From: Chlamydiae bacterium CG10_big_fil_rev_8_21_14_0_10_42_34
GTDB taxonomy: Bacteria > Chlamydiota > Chlamydiia > Chlamydiales > SM23-39
Reading direction: 5' to 3'
NCBI GenBank assembly: GCA_002773795.1
Contig: PFAD01000008.1
Location: forward strand, 280,696 to 344,695
Length of the DNA: 64,000 nucleotides
The position numbers were made by a program, and so were the translations under genes. Under the pieces are notes generated by a model. The model had not been told where the DNA came from, did no database searches, and saw only the letters and a program-made list of their open reading frames with translations. Shown here one piece after another: positions 38,341 to 48,053 of this stretch; position 1 is the first letter of the stretch, and every line of letters begins with the position of its first letter.

Positions 38341-40470
38341 ATGACCTTTAAAAAACGAAAAGGGAGCTCTAGGCAGCCCAAAGTTGCCTCCAATCTGACA
38401 AGGACCCTCACCCAATATATCCGTGGCAAACGCTATAGCCCGTCATCATTTTCTGAATTAATTACACAACTTGATATTGCAGAAGTTCACAAACCTCTTT
38501 TCAAAGAGATCCTTGATGGCCTCGTCCATAAGGGAGAGCTCGCAATTAAAGCTGAAAAATACGTAATCCCTTCCTCAGCTGAGCTAGTCACAGGCACAAT
38601 TAGTGTCCATAAGAAAGGCTTTGGCTTTGTCCGATGTCCCGTGGGACCTGACGTTTTTGTCCCCAAGCACTGCATGATGAACGCCGTAGATGGAGATACA
38701 GTCGAAGTTGAAGTGAATCCTGTCGTCTCGGCTAAAGGCCCAGAAGGTGTAGTGGTTGCAATCATCAAAAGAAGTCGAACTCACCTAGCTTGCATAATCA
38801 TTGAAAAAACCCAAAGACACTATGTAGCCTATGCTCCTTTGCTCGGGCCTACAAAGCCGGTCAAGATCCTTTCCAAAACTACGCTCAAAAATGGCGATAG
38901 AATCATTTGCAAAGTCCTCGACTGGAAAACAGATGCAGACGTTGTTAAAGGGGAAATGACTCGTCTTATCGGCCATATCTCAGACCCTTCAATCGATGTA
39001 AAAGCAGCCATTGAGGAGTTCGAGCTCCCTGATGGATTTAGCAAAGAGGCGATCAGTGAGGCAAAAGCATGGGGTAAAAAAGTAACCCCTGAAGGGCGAA
39101 AAGACATCACCGATTGGGAAGTTGTGACAATCGACCCCGACACGGCAAAAGACTACGATGATGCAATCTCTCTAACGAAAGATGAAAGGGGCCATTTTTT
39201 CCTCGGTGTTCACATTGCTGATGTGAGTCACTATGTAAAGCCTGCAAGTCATCTAGACCAAGAAGCATTTTTACGATGTAATTCTACCTATTTCCCTGGC
39301 TGCTGTGTTCCGATGCTGCCGGAGGAACTATCGAATGAGCTTTGCAGTTTAAAGCCAAAAGTTGAGAGGTTAACGCAATCTGTTTTTGCCGAGTTTAATC
39401 CTGCTGGGGACTTAGTTAACTACAAAATCGAAAGAGCTTGCATTAAGAGTAAAAAGCGCTTCACCTACAAAGAAGCATTAGCCGTCATTGAGAAAAAGAA
39501 AAAAAGTGTCCATGCGGCCCTGCTTGATCGAATGGTGGAACTTTGCCTACTTCTCAAGAAAAAGCGTTTTGAAAGAGGCAGTATCGACTTTTCAATGCCT
39601 GATGATGTGATCATAGTCGATGATAAAGGCGTTCCTTTAAAAATTGAGCGCGTTGAGTACGATATTACCCATCAAATGATTGAAGAGTTCATGCTCAAAG
39701 CAAATGAAATTACAGCTAAACACCTAGCAGATCAGGGGAAAACCCTCATCTACCGGGTTCATGAAAATCCAACGGAAGAATCGTTTCAAGACTTTTATAC
39801 GTTTGCAAGATCACTTGGATTTCACCTGCCGGCAACACCAACACACCACGACATTCAAAAAATGTTCCTAAATGCAAAAGACTCTCCTTTTTTGCCGCAG
39901 TTATCGGTCAGCTTTATCAGAAGCATGCGTTTGGCCGCCTATTCGTCAGAAAATTTAGGTCACTACGGTCTTGCTTTGGAGCATTATTGCCACTTTACAA
40001 GCCCAATCCGCAGATATACCGACCTCATCATCCAGCGCCTCCTTTTTGACGAGCTGCCACCTGATACAGATGTCGATGCAATTGCAGCTGCCTGCTCTGA
40101 AAAAGAGAGGGTCTCTTTTAAAGCGGAAAGTTCAGTGGTTATATTGAAAAAACTGCGCTTGGCAAATACCCATTTTGAAGCAGACCCAGAAGTCGTTTAT
40201 CCAGCGACCATCACTCGAGTCAAGCCTTTCGCCCTCTTTTTTGAGGTGCCAATGTTTGATCTTGAGGGAAATATTCATGTCTCTAAACTGGGGGGCGATT
40301 ACTATGAGTTCAACCCAAAAAAGATGTCCTTTCGAGGATCTCGCACTGGAAAAACCTTTATTGCAGGCCAGGAAATTTTTGTCCGTCTTGTAAAAATCGA
40401 CTACATCCTTTTACAGTCCGAATGGGCCATTGTTTCCCCGCCGGCGACGAAAGCCAAAAAGAAAAAGTAA
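38341..40470 (+). CDS. rnr: ribonuclease R
   Basis: DPDTAKDYDDAIS, HFTSPIRRYTDLI, and a C-terminal S1-like domain with a Lys-rich tail. Confidence 0.92.
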   Translation: MTFKKRKGSSRQPKVASNLTRTLTQYIRGKRYSPSSFSELITQLDIAEVHKPLFKEILDGLVHKGELAIKAEKYVIPSSAELVTGTISVHKKGFGFVRCPVGPDVFVPKHCMMNAVDGDTVEVEVNPVVSAKGPEGVVVAIIKRSRTHLACIIIEKTQRHYVAYAPLLGPTKPVKILSKTTLKNGDRIICKVLDWKTDADVVKGEMTRLIGHISDPSIDVKAAIEEFELPDGFSKEAISEAKAWGKKVTPEGRKDITDWEVVTIDPDTAKDYDDAISLTKDERGHFFLGVHIADVSHYVKPASHLDQEAFLRCNSTYFPGCCVPMLPEELSNELCSLKPKVERLTQSVFAEFNPAGDLVNYKIERACIKSKKRFTYKEALAVIEKKKKSVHAALLDRMVELCLLLKKKRFERGSIDFSMPDDVIIVDDKGVPLKIERVEYDITHQMIEEFMLKANEITAKHLADQGKTLIYRVHENPTEESFQDFYTFARSLGFHLPATPTHHDIQKMFLNAKDSPFLPQLSVSFIRSMRLAAYSSENLGHYGLALEHYCHFTSPIRRYTDLIIQRLLFDELPPDTDVDAIAAACSEKERVSFKAESSVVILKKLRLANTHFEADPEVVYPATITRVKPFALFFEVPMFDLEGNIHVSKLGGDYYEFNPKKMSFRGSRTGKTFIAGQEIFVRLVKIDYILLQSEWAIVSPPATKAKKKK

Positions 40471-40482
40471 TCTAATTATATT

Positions 40483-40502
40483 AGCGGCAAAATCTTGCCG
40501 CT
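40483..40502. terminator. hairpin between convergent genes (possible bidirectional terminator)
   Basis: agcggcaa-aatc-ttgccgct forms a perfect 8-bp stem. The flanks are A/T-rich but lack a clean T run. Confidence 0.45.
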
Positions 40503-40508
40503 TAGGAT

Positions 40509-40883
40509 TCATCTCTTCATTGAAATCAGATTGCTAAATTGTGTGTAGGCTACTTGACACCCAAGTCCTACAAGGCTAATTCCTGCAATATTCATTAAGG
40601 CAGCAGAAAAGCCTAAACTAGCAATCGCTATAGCTGCTACAGCGTGTGATGCAAAAAATATTACTGCTGCTCTATTTGTTTTATTAGCAGAACTTACCCC
40701 CTCTTCGCTCGGAAAATGTTTATCTAGTACTAACTCGAAAACATAACGGGCTGTTCCAAAAATAGCTCCACCAATAAGCCCAATCGGATTTGCACTTATC
40801 ACCGAGGCACACGAATAAATCCCAGCCTGAACTACACCTCGTGCAAACTCATCATTTTGTGTAACTCCTTTGATTGCCACCAT
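40509..40883 (-). CDS. small Gly/Ala-rich hydrophobic protein, paralogue a
   Basis: Contains AGIYSCASVISANPIGLIGGAIFG and LGFSAALMNIAGISLVGLGC. The ATG at 40883 (AGGTGG upstream) is preferred over the GTG at 40892. Confidence 0.55.
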   Translation of the reverse strand: MVAIKGVTQNDEFARGVVQAGIYSCASVISANPIGLIGGAIFGTARYVFELVLDKHFPSEEGVSSANKTNRAAVIFFASHAVAAIAIASLGFSAALMNIAGISLVGLGCQVAYTQFSNLISMKR

Positions 40884-40928
40884 AAAATCCACCTACTTTT
40901 AAATTTCGCAAACACTTTAATCAATTCT

Positions 40929-41297
40929 TTACTTTCCAGACAAGTAGGAAAAAAGTGAGGCAAATGAACACGTGAAATGATAGCAAGCTATACTACATCC
41001 ATTTCCGGCAAGAGAGAGCAAGACTACATTTGCCAAACTAGCAGGAAACCCTAAGGTTGCAACGGCCGCGCCAGCAAGCACATATTTTGCAAAAAATTTG
41101 AGGGCGATAGCACGCACTTTATTTTGAGAACCTTCAAGTGTGTATGAGATCAAGCGATCTGTAGCGCCCGCAACGGCTCCAAATACAGCCCCACCGGCAA
41201 TCCCAATCGGATTTGCGATAATTGTCGTAGATCCTGCATAAATTCCGGCATGAATTGCAACGCTTGCCAAAATCATATTAGGACTGATTGCTCTCAT
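40929..41297 (-). CDS. small Gly/Ala-rich hydrophobic protein, paralogue b
   Basis: Contains AGIYAGSTTIIANPIGIAGGAVFG and LGFPASLANVVLLSLAGNGC, collinear with the neighbouring gene. Confidence 0.55.
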   Translation of the reverse strand: MRAISPNMILASVAIHAGIYAGSTTIIANPIGIAGGAVFGAVAGATDRLISYTLEGSQNKVRAIALKFFAKYVLAGAAVATLGFPASLANVVLLSLAGNGCSIACYHFTCSFASLFSYLSGK

Positions 41298-41420
41298 ATC
41301 TTTCCTTCCCCAATTTAAATTTGAGGTGAAGTTTTACTATATCTTTAGGTTTTTCGGCTAGAAATACAAAACAGATCATCGATTCTTGCGAAATAACTCT
41401 CTTCAAGCCATTATGTACTT

Positions 41421-42035
41421 ATGAAGAAATATTTCATTACTGGCCTTGTCACATTGCTGCCCCTTGCGGTAACGACATGGGTCGTCCATTTCTTTATGAA
41501 TTTCCTCACTAAACCATTTATCGGATTTGTCTACGTCCTCACAAATCAAATCCCCATCGCATCACCGCAGCTTATCCGAGTCATCAGTCAAATTTGCATC
41601 CTTATCACTTTGGTCATTTTCACCTGGTTTCTTGGTTTCGTCGCTAGAAAATTCTTCTTTAATCACCTTATCCGATTTGGCGATGCAATTTTAATCAAGA
41701 TCCCCCTTGTTAACAAAGTCTATAAAACGTCTAAAGAAATAGTGAGTGCGCTCTTTGGAGCAAAAGAAAAATCCTTTAAACAAGTTGTTCTGCTCCCCTT
41801 TCCCTATCAAGGGTCCTACTGCATCGGCTTGATTACGCGAGATGCCCCTCACACTTGCTCTGAGGCAGAAAAAAGCGAATTACTCTCTGTGTTCATCCCC
41901 ACAACTCCCAATCCATCTACCGGATTTTTAGTCATGTCGAACCGCTCAGAGCTGATCAACCTCGACATGAGCACAGAAGAGGCTATCAAATATGTAGTTT
42001 CTTGCGCGGTCATCCAGCCTGAGGAGAAGAAATGA
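41421..42035 (+). CDS. DUF502-family membrane protein, copy 1
   Basis: Two N-terminal TM segments, then VFIPTTPNPSTGFLVM, the characteristic DUF502 block. Confidence 0.7.
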   Translation: MKKYFITGLVTLLPLAVTTWVVHFFMNFLTKPFIGFVYVLTNQIPIASPQLIRVISQICILITLVIFTWFLGFVARKFFFNHLIRFGDAILIKIPLVNKVYKTSKEIVSALFGAKEKSFKQVVLLPFPYQGSYCIGLITRDAPHTCSEAEKSELLSVFIPTTPNPSTGFLVMSNRSELINLDMSTEEAIKYVVSCAVIQPEEKK

Positions 42036-42688
42036 AAAAACAACTCATCACGGGCGTGATCATCTTGCTTCCCGTTGCACTAACTCTGATGGTCATCATC
42101 TTTCTTTTCGATCTATTCACTGAGCCATTTATCAATATAGTTGGGCCGCTTATCGATCTCATTCAAAGCAAAATCCACATTCATTTTCCGCCTGGGTTTA
42201 CTTTATTTTTGTCTCGCCTTTTTTCCCTTATTTTTCTTTGCACGTTTATCTTTTTCCTCGGAGTCATCACCCAGCTATTTTTAGTCAAAACCTTGATTGG
42301 ATGGGGCAATCAAATCCTTTACAAGATCCCATTCATTAAGACAGTCTATAAGGTGAGTCGCGATATTTTTGCCGCTCTATTTTCAGCCGATGGAAAAAAA
42401 GCCTTCAAAAGACCGGTCATGGTTCCTTTTCCAGGAAAGCCCAATTATTGCCTCGGATTTGAGGCCGGCGATGTCTCTAAAGAGATTCAAGAGAAAACAA
42501 AAGCTGACTTAACTGCTGTTTTTGTTCCAACAGCCCCCCACCCAATCTCTGGATTTCTCTTTTTGATGCCTAAAACCGATGTACATCAGATTGACATGAG
42601 CAATGAAGAGACTGTAAAATATCTCGTTTCATGCGGAATGATTCTCCCCAAATCTGAAACTAAAGAGACAGATGAGCGCCCCTTCTAA
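42032..42688 (+). CDS. DUF502-family membrane protein, copy 2
   Basis: ATGA overlap with copy 1. Contains VFVPTAPHPISGFLFLMP and has the same architecture. Confidence 0.7.
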   Translation: MKKQLITGVIILLPVALTLMVIIFLFDLFTEPFINIVGPLIDLIQSKIHIHFPPGFTLFLSRLFSLIFLCTFIFFLGVITQLFLVKTLIGWGNQILYKIPFIKTVYKVSRDIFAALFSADGKKAFKRPVMVPFPGKPNYCLGFEAGDVSKEIQEKTKADLTAVFVPTAPHPISGFLFLMPKTDVHQIDMSNEETVKYLVSCGMILPKSETKETDERPF

Positions 42689-43100
42689 TCACCCCAGAGT
42701 CATTTTTTTTCAAGTTCGCGATAATGGGACCAAGCTCAAAAAAATTGTTGAAACAGCACATTTGCATTTTGAAAAAAAAGAGCCCTTCCTCATTTTGGTA
42801 GAGGATTCTAAAGCTCAAGACTTTGTAGATGAGCTCCTCTGGAAACTGCCCCAAACGAGCTTTTTCCCCCACATTGCAACGGACGAAGAGACAAAGGAAT
42901 GGGTAGCCATCAGCAAATCAAAAAAAAATGTGAATAGCGCAAAGGCTGTCTTCAACCTCTGTTCCACCCCCCTTTTGATCGACTCCCCCTTCAAAATGAT
43001 CTACGAATTTGAGGATTTAACCGCTCCTAACAAAAAAAATCTTTCTTCGCTCCGGTTTGATGCCTATAAACAAGCGGGCTTTTCCTTTGAGGCTCGATAA
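42672..43100 (+). CDS. holC: DNA polymerase III chi subunit
   Basis: 142 aa. FFQV...KL..IVETAHLHFEKKEPFLILVED..AQDFVDELLW......FFPH matches the HolC pattern (..LW.....F.PH). Confidence 0.6.
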   Translation: MSAPSNHPRVIFFQVRDNGTKLKKIVETAHLHFEKKEPFLILVEDSKAQDFVDELLWKLPQTSFFPHIATDEETKEWVAISKSKKNVNSAKAVFNLCSTPLLIDSPFKMIYEFEDLTAPNKKNLSSLRFDAYKQAGFSFEAR

Positions 43101-43166
43101 AAACCCTTGCCCTTTGCCATCTATTTCTATATAATTTCTTGTTTTGAAAGCTATTGGAGAAAACTC

Positions 43167-43340
43167 ATGACACGGATAAGCAAGCAGGGCAGAAGACGCG
43201 CGGTTTCCCGACGCAGACCTCGAGCGCCAGGAATTAAAACTGGTTCAAAAAAAGACGCATTAGAATTCGGCTTTAAACCACATGAAAATTTGGTTATTGC
43301 TGAATCTACACCTAACCGATTCATCCCTAAAATTGGATAA
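43167..43340 (+). CDS. small, highly basic protein (57 aa), hypothetical
   Basis: MTRISKQGRRRAVSRRRPRAPGIKTGSKKD... GGAGA lies 6 nt upstream of the ATG at 43167. Confidence 0.45.
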   Translation: MTRISKQGRRRAVSRRRPRAPGIKTGSKKDALEFGFKPHENLVIAESTPNRFIPKIG

Positions 43341-43347
43341 TTAAAAA

Positions 43348-43506
43348 ATGACAAGACACGGCAGTTACGGAAAAAGCACGAAAGGCGCAAAGAAACGCAA
43401 CGTTCTCAAACGATTTGAAAGAGTCGATGTTCTCCGCAAATTAGGTAAATGGGTTGATGGCCAAAACACGAAAGTGACAGGTCTTCCCAAAACACCAAAT
43501 ATTTAG
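43348..43506 (+). CDS. small basic protein (52 aa)
   Basis: Below the track cutoff. Manual translation gives MTRHGSYGKSTKGAKKRNVLKRFERVDVLRKLGKWVDGQNTKVTGLPKTPNI. It resembles, from memory, the ~50-aa small basic protein family of PVC bacteria (unverified). Confidence 0.5.
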   Translation: MTRHGSYGKSTKGAKKRNVLKRFERVDVLRKLGKWVDGQNTKVTGLPKTPNI

Positions 43507-43940
43507 TGATCATCAGAATCTATAATCACCAAAAAGATTTAAAAATTGACAAGAGCTTGACTAAAGCTCTTGTCAATTCTGTATTGACTCATCTCAAAGT
43601 AAACTGCGATGAAGTATCTATCTACTTTGTGAACCAGAAAAAAATCACAGACCTCCACGAAGCGTTTTTCGACGACCCTACCCCCACCGATTGCATCTCG
43701 TTTCCCTTAGATGATAAAGAGTTAGGCGAAGTATTTGTCTGTCCAGCAGTTGCCATACAATATGCCAGCAAAAAAAAACTTGATCCCTACGATGAGACCG
43801 CTCTCTACGTGATCCATGGCCTGCTCCACCTCATTGGATTCGATGATTTAGAGCCCAAAGAAAGAAGAACCATGCGTAAAAAAGAAAAAAGCTGTATGCA
43901 TCATCTTAAAGAGCAAAGGATCTCCTTAGGACCTCAATGA
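43506..43940 (+). CDS. ybeY: endoribonuclease YbeY
   Basis: HGLLHLIGFDD (HxxxHxxxxxH-type zinc motif). 144 aa. GTG start. Confidence 0.85.
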   Translation: MIIRIYNHQKDLKIDKSLTKALVNSVLTHLKVNCDEVSIYFVNQKKITDLHEAFFDDPTPTDCISFPLDDKELGEVFVCPAVAIQYASKKKLDPYDETALYVIHGLLHLIGFDDLEPKERRTMRKKEKSCMHHLKEQRISLGPQ

Positions 43941-45274
43941 CAACCTTTTTCATAGAAAGCCCCCTGTTCCCTATCCTATTTCTTATCGGCTCACTCCTTA
44001 TGACAACTTGCATTAGCGCTTTATTGCATCTAGGCAAATTCAAGTCGAAAGAACTTTTAAAAGCGCCCAATGGGCCTATCCTTTTTTTCAGACCGATCTT
44101 AAAAAAGTTCTTTAAACTACACGAGTGGGAAAACATCTATTTTTGCATTTCAGTCAGCAAACATATCTATGAGCTTGCCTATGCGATCTCCGCATTTTTT
44201 TTCCTCATTTCATCAATGCCTCAACTTCACCATCTCCTTCACTTCGAAGCTACAGGCGAAGATTGGCCGCCTCTCTTTCTTCTAGGTGCTGCTATCATCA
44301 TTGTTACCGTCTTTCTCGATTTTATCGTCCGTCTCCTCGCCAATCTATGGAGCAAGCCCCTTTTAAAAATCATCGCCCCCTTTGCCTCCATCTACCTGCT
44401 CATCCTCTTCCCTCTGGTCGGGCTCCTTTTGCAACTCACACGTGCCCTCATTAAAAAGACCCATCTTGAAAACGAAGGTGAACTTGTCACAGATCGATCG
44501 AAGCTAAGGGAGATGATTCGTGAATCAGAACTGCAAAACCACCTCGATTCAAGCGATCAAAAATTGATCAGCTCATTTGTGAACTTTAAGGAAAGAGTTG
44601 TCAAAGAGATTATGGTGCCAAGGGTTGATGTCTATAGCTTATCTGGCGATACCCCAATCAATGAAGCCGCAAAACTTTTTGTAACCGAAGGCTACAGCCG
44701 AATCCCTATCTACAATGAAACGCTCGATCAAATTCTAGGTGTCGTCCTTTACAAAGACTTGCTAAAATACTTTGCAACGCCAGATCAAAACCTCAAAGCC
44801 CCGATCGAATCGATCGCAAAACCTGTCATCTACTCACCTGAAAACAAAAAAGTTGCACAACTATTACAAGAGTTCCGCAACAAGCAGATCCACATGGCAA
44901 TCATCGTCGATGAATATGGCGGCACGGAAGGGATCGTTACGATCGAAGATATTTTAGAAGAGCTGGTTGGGGAAATTGAAGATGAATATGATGTGGATGA
45001 AGCCGATGATTTTTGGGAACTTCCCGATGGCGGCTGGATTGTGGATGCAAAAATGACGCTCCATGACATCGAAAATCAACTCGGAGTTCGCATTCCAGAA
45101 AACCCAGAATATGAAACAATTGGTGGCTACGTCTTTCACTGCGCAAGAACCATCCCATCAAAAGGATGGCGCCTCTCTCACGATGAGTTTGATCTTGAAG
45201 TATTGAGCTCAACGGAGCGCTCCTTACAAAAGATCAAGATCAAACCCCGAATTAAGCCAAATCCAGACGCCTAA
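43937..45274 (+). CDS. DUF21/CBS-pair/CorC_HlyC domain protein (TlyC/CorC family)
   Basis: N-terminal TM region, a CBS pair (IMVPRVDV...GYSRIPIY; HMAIIVDEYGGTEGIVTIEDILEELVGEI), and a CorC C-terminal domain. Confidence 0.8.
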   Translation: MTTFFIESPLFPILFLIGSLLMTTCISALLHLGKFKSKELLKAPNGPILFFRPILKKFFKLHEWENIYFCISVSKHIYELAYAISAFFFLISSMPQLHHLLHFEATGEDWPPLFLLGAAIIIVTVFLDFIVRLLANLWSKPLLKIIAPFASIYLLILFPLVGLLLQLTRALIKKTHLENEGELVTDRSKLREMIRESELQNHLDSSDQKLISSFVNFKERVVKEIMVPRVDVYSLSGDTPINEAAKLFVTEGYSRIPIYNETLDQILGVVLYKDLLKYFATPDQNLKAPIESIAKPVIYSPENKKVAQLLQEFRNKQIHMAIIVDEYGGTEGIVTIEDILEELVGEIEDEYDVDEADDFWELPDGGWIVDAKMTLHDIENQLGVRIPENPEYETIGGYVFHCARTIPSKGWRLSHDEFDLEVLSSTERSLQKIKIKPRIKPNPDA

Positions 45275-46005
45275 TTCTCCTTACACTCGTGATCACCAAA
45301 TAGGATCTGATTTTTTACTTCCTCAATTTTAGAGTGATAAGTCAATTGGCCCTTATAATTAATTGGTTTTTTAAATTCGACAATGTCCACATCTTCGCTT
45401 GTCGCATATTTGATTGTTCCTTCAATCTCACATGTGAGTAAAAACTCATCTTCTTTTATCGACTTTAATCGAATTACAACTCTTTCAAAATCTTTACCTA
45501 AGACCGGCAGCAGATCATGATAATCTTTAAATTGACTCATGAGTTCACTGACTAAAGTCATTTTGGGCCGATAGCTCCAAATTTCTGTCCAAGTTCTAAC
45601 CAAGTCCTTATTGCCCTTCGCTGTTTCTAAAAGTTTTGCGAGAAGACTTTGGATCTCTTCTTCCGTTTTCGGCGGCGTTTCAACCTTAAAGTCATCAATA
45701 TAAAACTCATCCGGATTCCCAATTCGCGCAATATCAGTAATCCATGTTTTCGCAACTGAAATCTCAGACCCATCACTTAATTTGAGCTCGCTGGTTGGAT
45801 AGTGTCTACTTGCATCATTTAAGTACTCAATAACTTTTCCTGGCCAGACATACCCATCGACAACAGTGCTTGGATCGTTTCTTTGGGATTGATTTATTAC
45901 CCTCTCGTAAAACAAGTTCTTTAAAGTAGACGCCAACCTTACAGGATTTGGTAGATGCCAAAATGCAAAATATTTTCCTACATCTAATGGCGGGATTAAA
46001 TTCAT
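45271..46005 (-). CDS. hypothetical protein
   Basis: 244-aa ORF with no motif I recognise. Its stop codon overlaps the stop of the convergent gene. Confidence 0.4.
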   Translation of the reverse strand: MNLIPPLDVGKYFAFWHLPNPVRLASTLKNLFYERVINQSQRNDPSTVVDGYVWPGKVIEYLNDASRHYPTSELKLSDGSEISVAKTWITDIARIGNPDEFYIDDFKVETPPKTEEEIQSLLAKLLETAKGNKDLVRTWTEIWSYRPKMTLVSELMSQFKDYHDLLPVLGKDFERVVIRLKSIKEDEFLLTCEIEGTIKYATSEDVDIVEFKKPINYKGQLTYHSKIEEVKNQILFGDHECKEN

Positions 46006-46140
46006 AGTACCTCTTGATTAAAAGGGGAAAAACATACACGAAGGGGACATAAAAAACACCCAAGAACCTACCCAAATTTAGCCCCTTGCAAAACAATCGC
46101 AATTGAGGCACAATTAGGCGCTTACTTTGAGGAGATATTC

Positions 46141-48039
46141 ATGCGCCGATCGATCTGTTTTTGTGAGCCAAACGCTGCTTTAGCCGGGGACACATCTACC
46201 TGGAAATTCGTATATACCACTGCAAGCCATCTCCCAAAAGGAGCAAAACTACGCTTTGACCTAGAGAGCAAAGGGCGCCCCATTGACTGGCAAGTTCCAG
46301 CGACCAGCACTAAAGAAAAAAGTAATGTAATTTGGGGCGAATTGCCGAACGGTAAAACAGTGAGCGCGTCTCAAGTACAGCACCCCCAGAATATGACCGT
46401 CTCTTTTGAGTTTACCCTCCCATCTGAGCTCAAGCCAGGGGATAACTTTGTCATCGTTATGAAAGATAACGCCTCGCAAAAAGGGGTTCAAAGAAGACGC
46501 CCTTTCCAACTACATATCGATGCAAAAGGTAAGGGAGACTACAAAGAAAGCGAAACATTTTATCTCGATGTTCGCGGGAACCACCTTAAAAACCTTCGAA
46601 TCATCGCTCCCTCATTGGTAGGAAGAAACAAAAGATTTGATGTTATCGTCCGTTTTGAAGATGTTTTTGGCAACCTGACATCTAACGCTCCTGAGGGGAC
46701 TTTAATCGATTTAAGCTATCAACACCTCAGAGAGAATCTTAGTTGGAAGCTATTTGTCCCTGAAACAGGCTTTATCGCCCTTCCCAACCTATATTTTAAT
46801 GAACCGGGCATTTATCGAATCCAGCTCAAAAACTTAAAGTCTAAAGAGCAGTTTTTCTCTCCCCCCATCAAGTGTCTTCCAGAAGGCGCATTGAGCCTAT
46901 ATTGGGGAACTTTGCATGGTGAATCAGAACGAATTGACTCTGCTGAGCATATCGAGACTTTTTTACGCCACATGAGAGATGATAAAGCTCTCCAATTTTT
47001 CGCCACCTCATCCTTCGACACCGAAGAAGAGACCTCGAACGACGTCTGGAAAGGGATCATTCAACAAGTGGCAGAATTCAACGAAGAAGACAGATTCGTT
47101 GCCATGGCTGGATTTCAATGGCAAGGAGAAGCAAAAGAAGAGGGCGTGCGCCAGTTTATCTACTCCAAAGATAGCAAGCCGATCATGCGTCGTAAAGACA
47201 CAAAAAACAACTCCCTAAAAAAGATCTATAAGACAAACAATCCCAAAGAGCTCATTGCAATCCCGACCTTTACAATGGGGAAAACAACATCGTATAACTT
47301 TGACGACTTCAACCCTGAGTTTGAGCGCGTTGTCGAAATTTATAACGCATGGGGCTCTTCAGAATGCACAGCAAAAGAAGGAAACCTCCGCCCAATTCAA
47401 GGAGGCAAAAATGGAATTGCAGAATCTGCTGAAGGTTCAATCCAAAAAGCCTTGAATAATGGCTGCAGGTTTGGTTTTGTCGCGGGTGGTTTTGATGATC
47501 GAGGTCCTTATAGCGGACTTTTCGACTCGAATCAATCGCAATACACAGCAGGACTTACTGCGATCCTTTCAAAAGAGCACAATAGGTCCTCACTTTTTGA
47601 AGCGCTTCAAAATCGTTCTTGCTATGCAACAACTGGCGAAAGGATGATCCTCGGACTTCACATTGCAGGCCGTTCGATGGGCTCGGAATTGGAAACTAAA
47701 GAAAAACCAGGCCTAGAATTCAATCGACATATCACTGGCTACTGCATTGGGACAAGACCTCTTACAGAAGCTACTCTCATCAGAAATGGAAAAGTGTTCC
47801 GCACGCTTGAAATTAAAGATGACATGGTCGAATTTGAGATCGACGATATGGACCAGCTCGGACAAATTGCCTTAGAGCAAAAAGATGAGCGCCCTGCATT
47901 CGTCTACTACTATCTACGCGTTATTCAAGACGATGGGCATATCGCATGGAGCTCACCGATATGGATCGATCTCACATCGCGCACAGCACCTATTGCAACA
48001 GGCAAAAAGAATAAGAAGAAAATCAAAGAAAGCGATTAA
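46141..48039 (+). CDS. hypothetical protein, C-terminal ~370 aa DUF3604/PHP-like
   Basis: WGTLHGESERIDSA, GLTAILSKEHNRSSLFEALQNRSCYATTGERM and the terminal IAWSSPIWIDL resemble DUF3604 blocks as I remember them. GAGGAG RBS. Confidence 0.35.
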   Translation: MRRSICFCEPNAALAGDTSTWKFVYTTASHLPKGAKLRFDLESKGRPIDWQVPATSTKEKSNVIWGELPNGKTVSASQVQHPQNMTVSFEFTLPSELKPGDNFVIVMKDNASQKGVQRRRPFQLHIDAKGKGDYKESETFYLDVRGNHLKNLRIIAPSLVGRNKRFDVIVRFEDVFGNLTSNAPEGTLIDLSYQHLRENLSWKLFVPETGFIALPNLYFNEPGIYRIQLKNLKSKEQFFSPPIKCLPEGALSLYWGTLHGESERIDSAEHIETFLRHMRDDKALQFFATSSFDTEEETSNDVWKGIIQQVAEFNEEDRFVAMAGFQWQGEAKEEGVRQFIYSKDSKPIMRRKDTKNNSLKKIYKTNNPKELIAIPTFTMGKTTSYNFDDFNPEFERVVEIYNAWGSSECTAKEGNLRPIQGGKNGIAESAEGSIQKALNNGCRFGFVAGGFDDRGPYSGLFDSNQSQYTAGLTAILSKEHNRSSLFEALQNRSCYATTGERMILGLHIAGRSMGSELETKEKPGLEFNRHITGYCIGTRPLTEATLIRNGKVFRTLEIKDDMVEFEIDDMDQLGQIALEQKDERPAFVYYYLRVIQDDGHIAWSSPIWIDLTSRTAPIATGKKNKKKIKESD

Positions 48040-48053
48040 AAAGTAGATGATAG

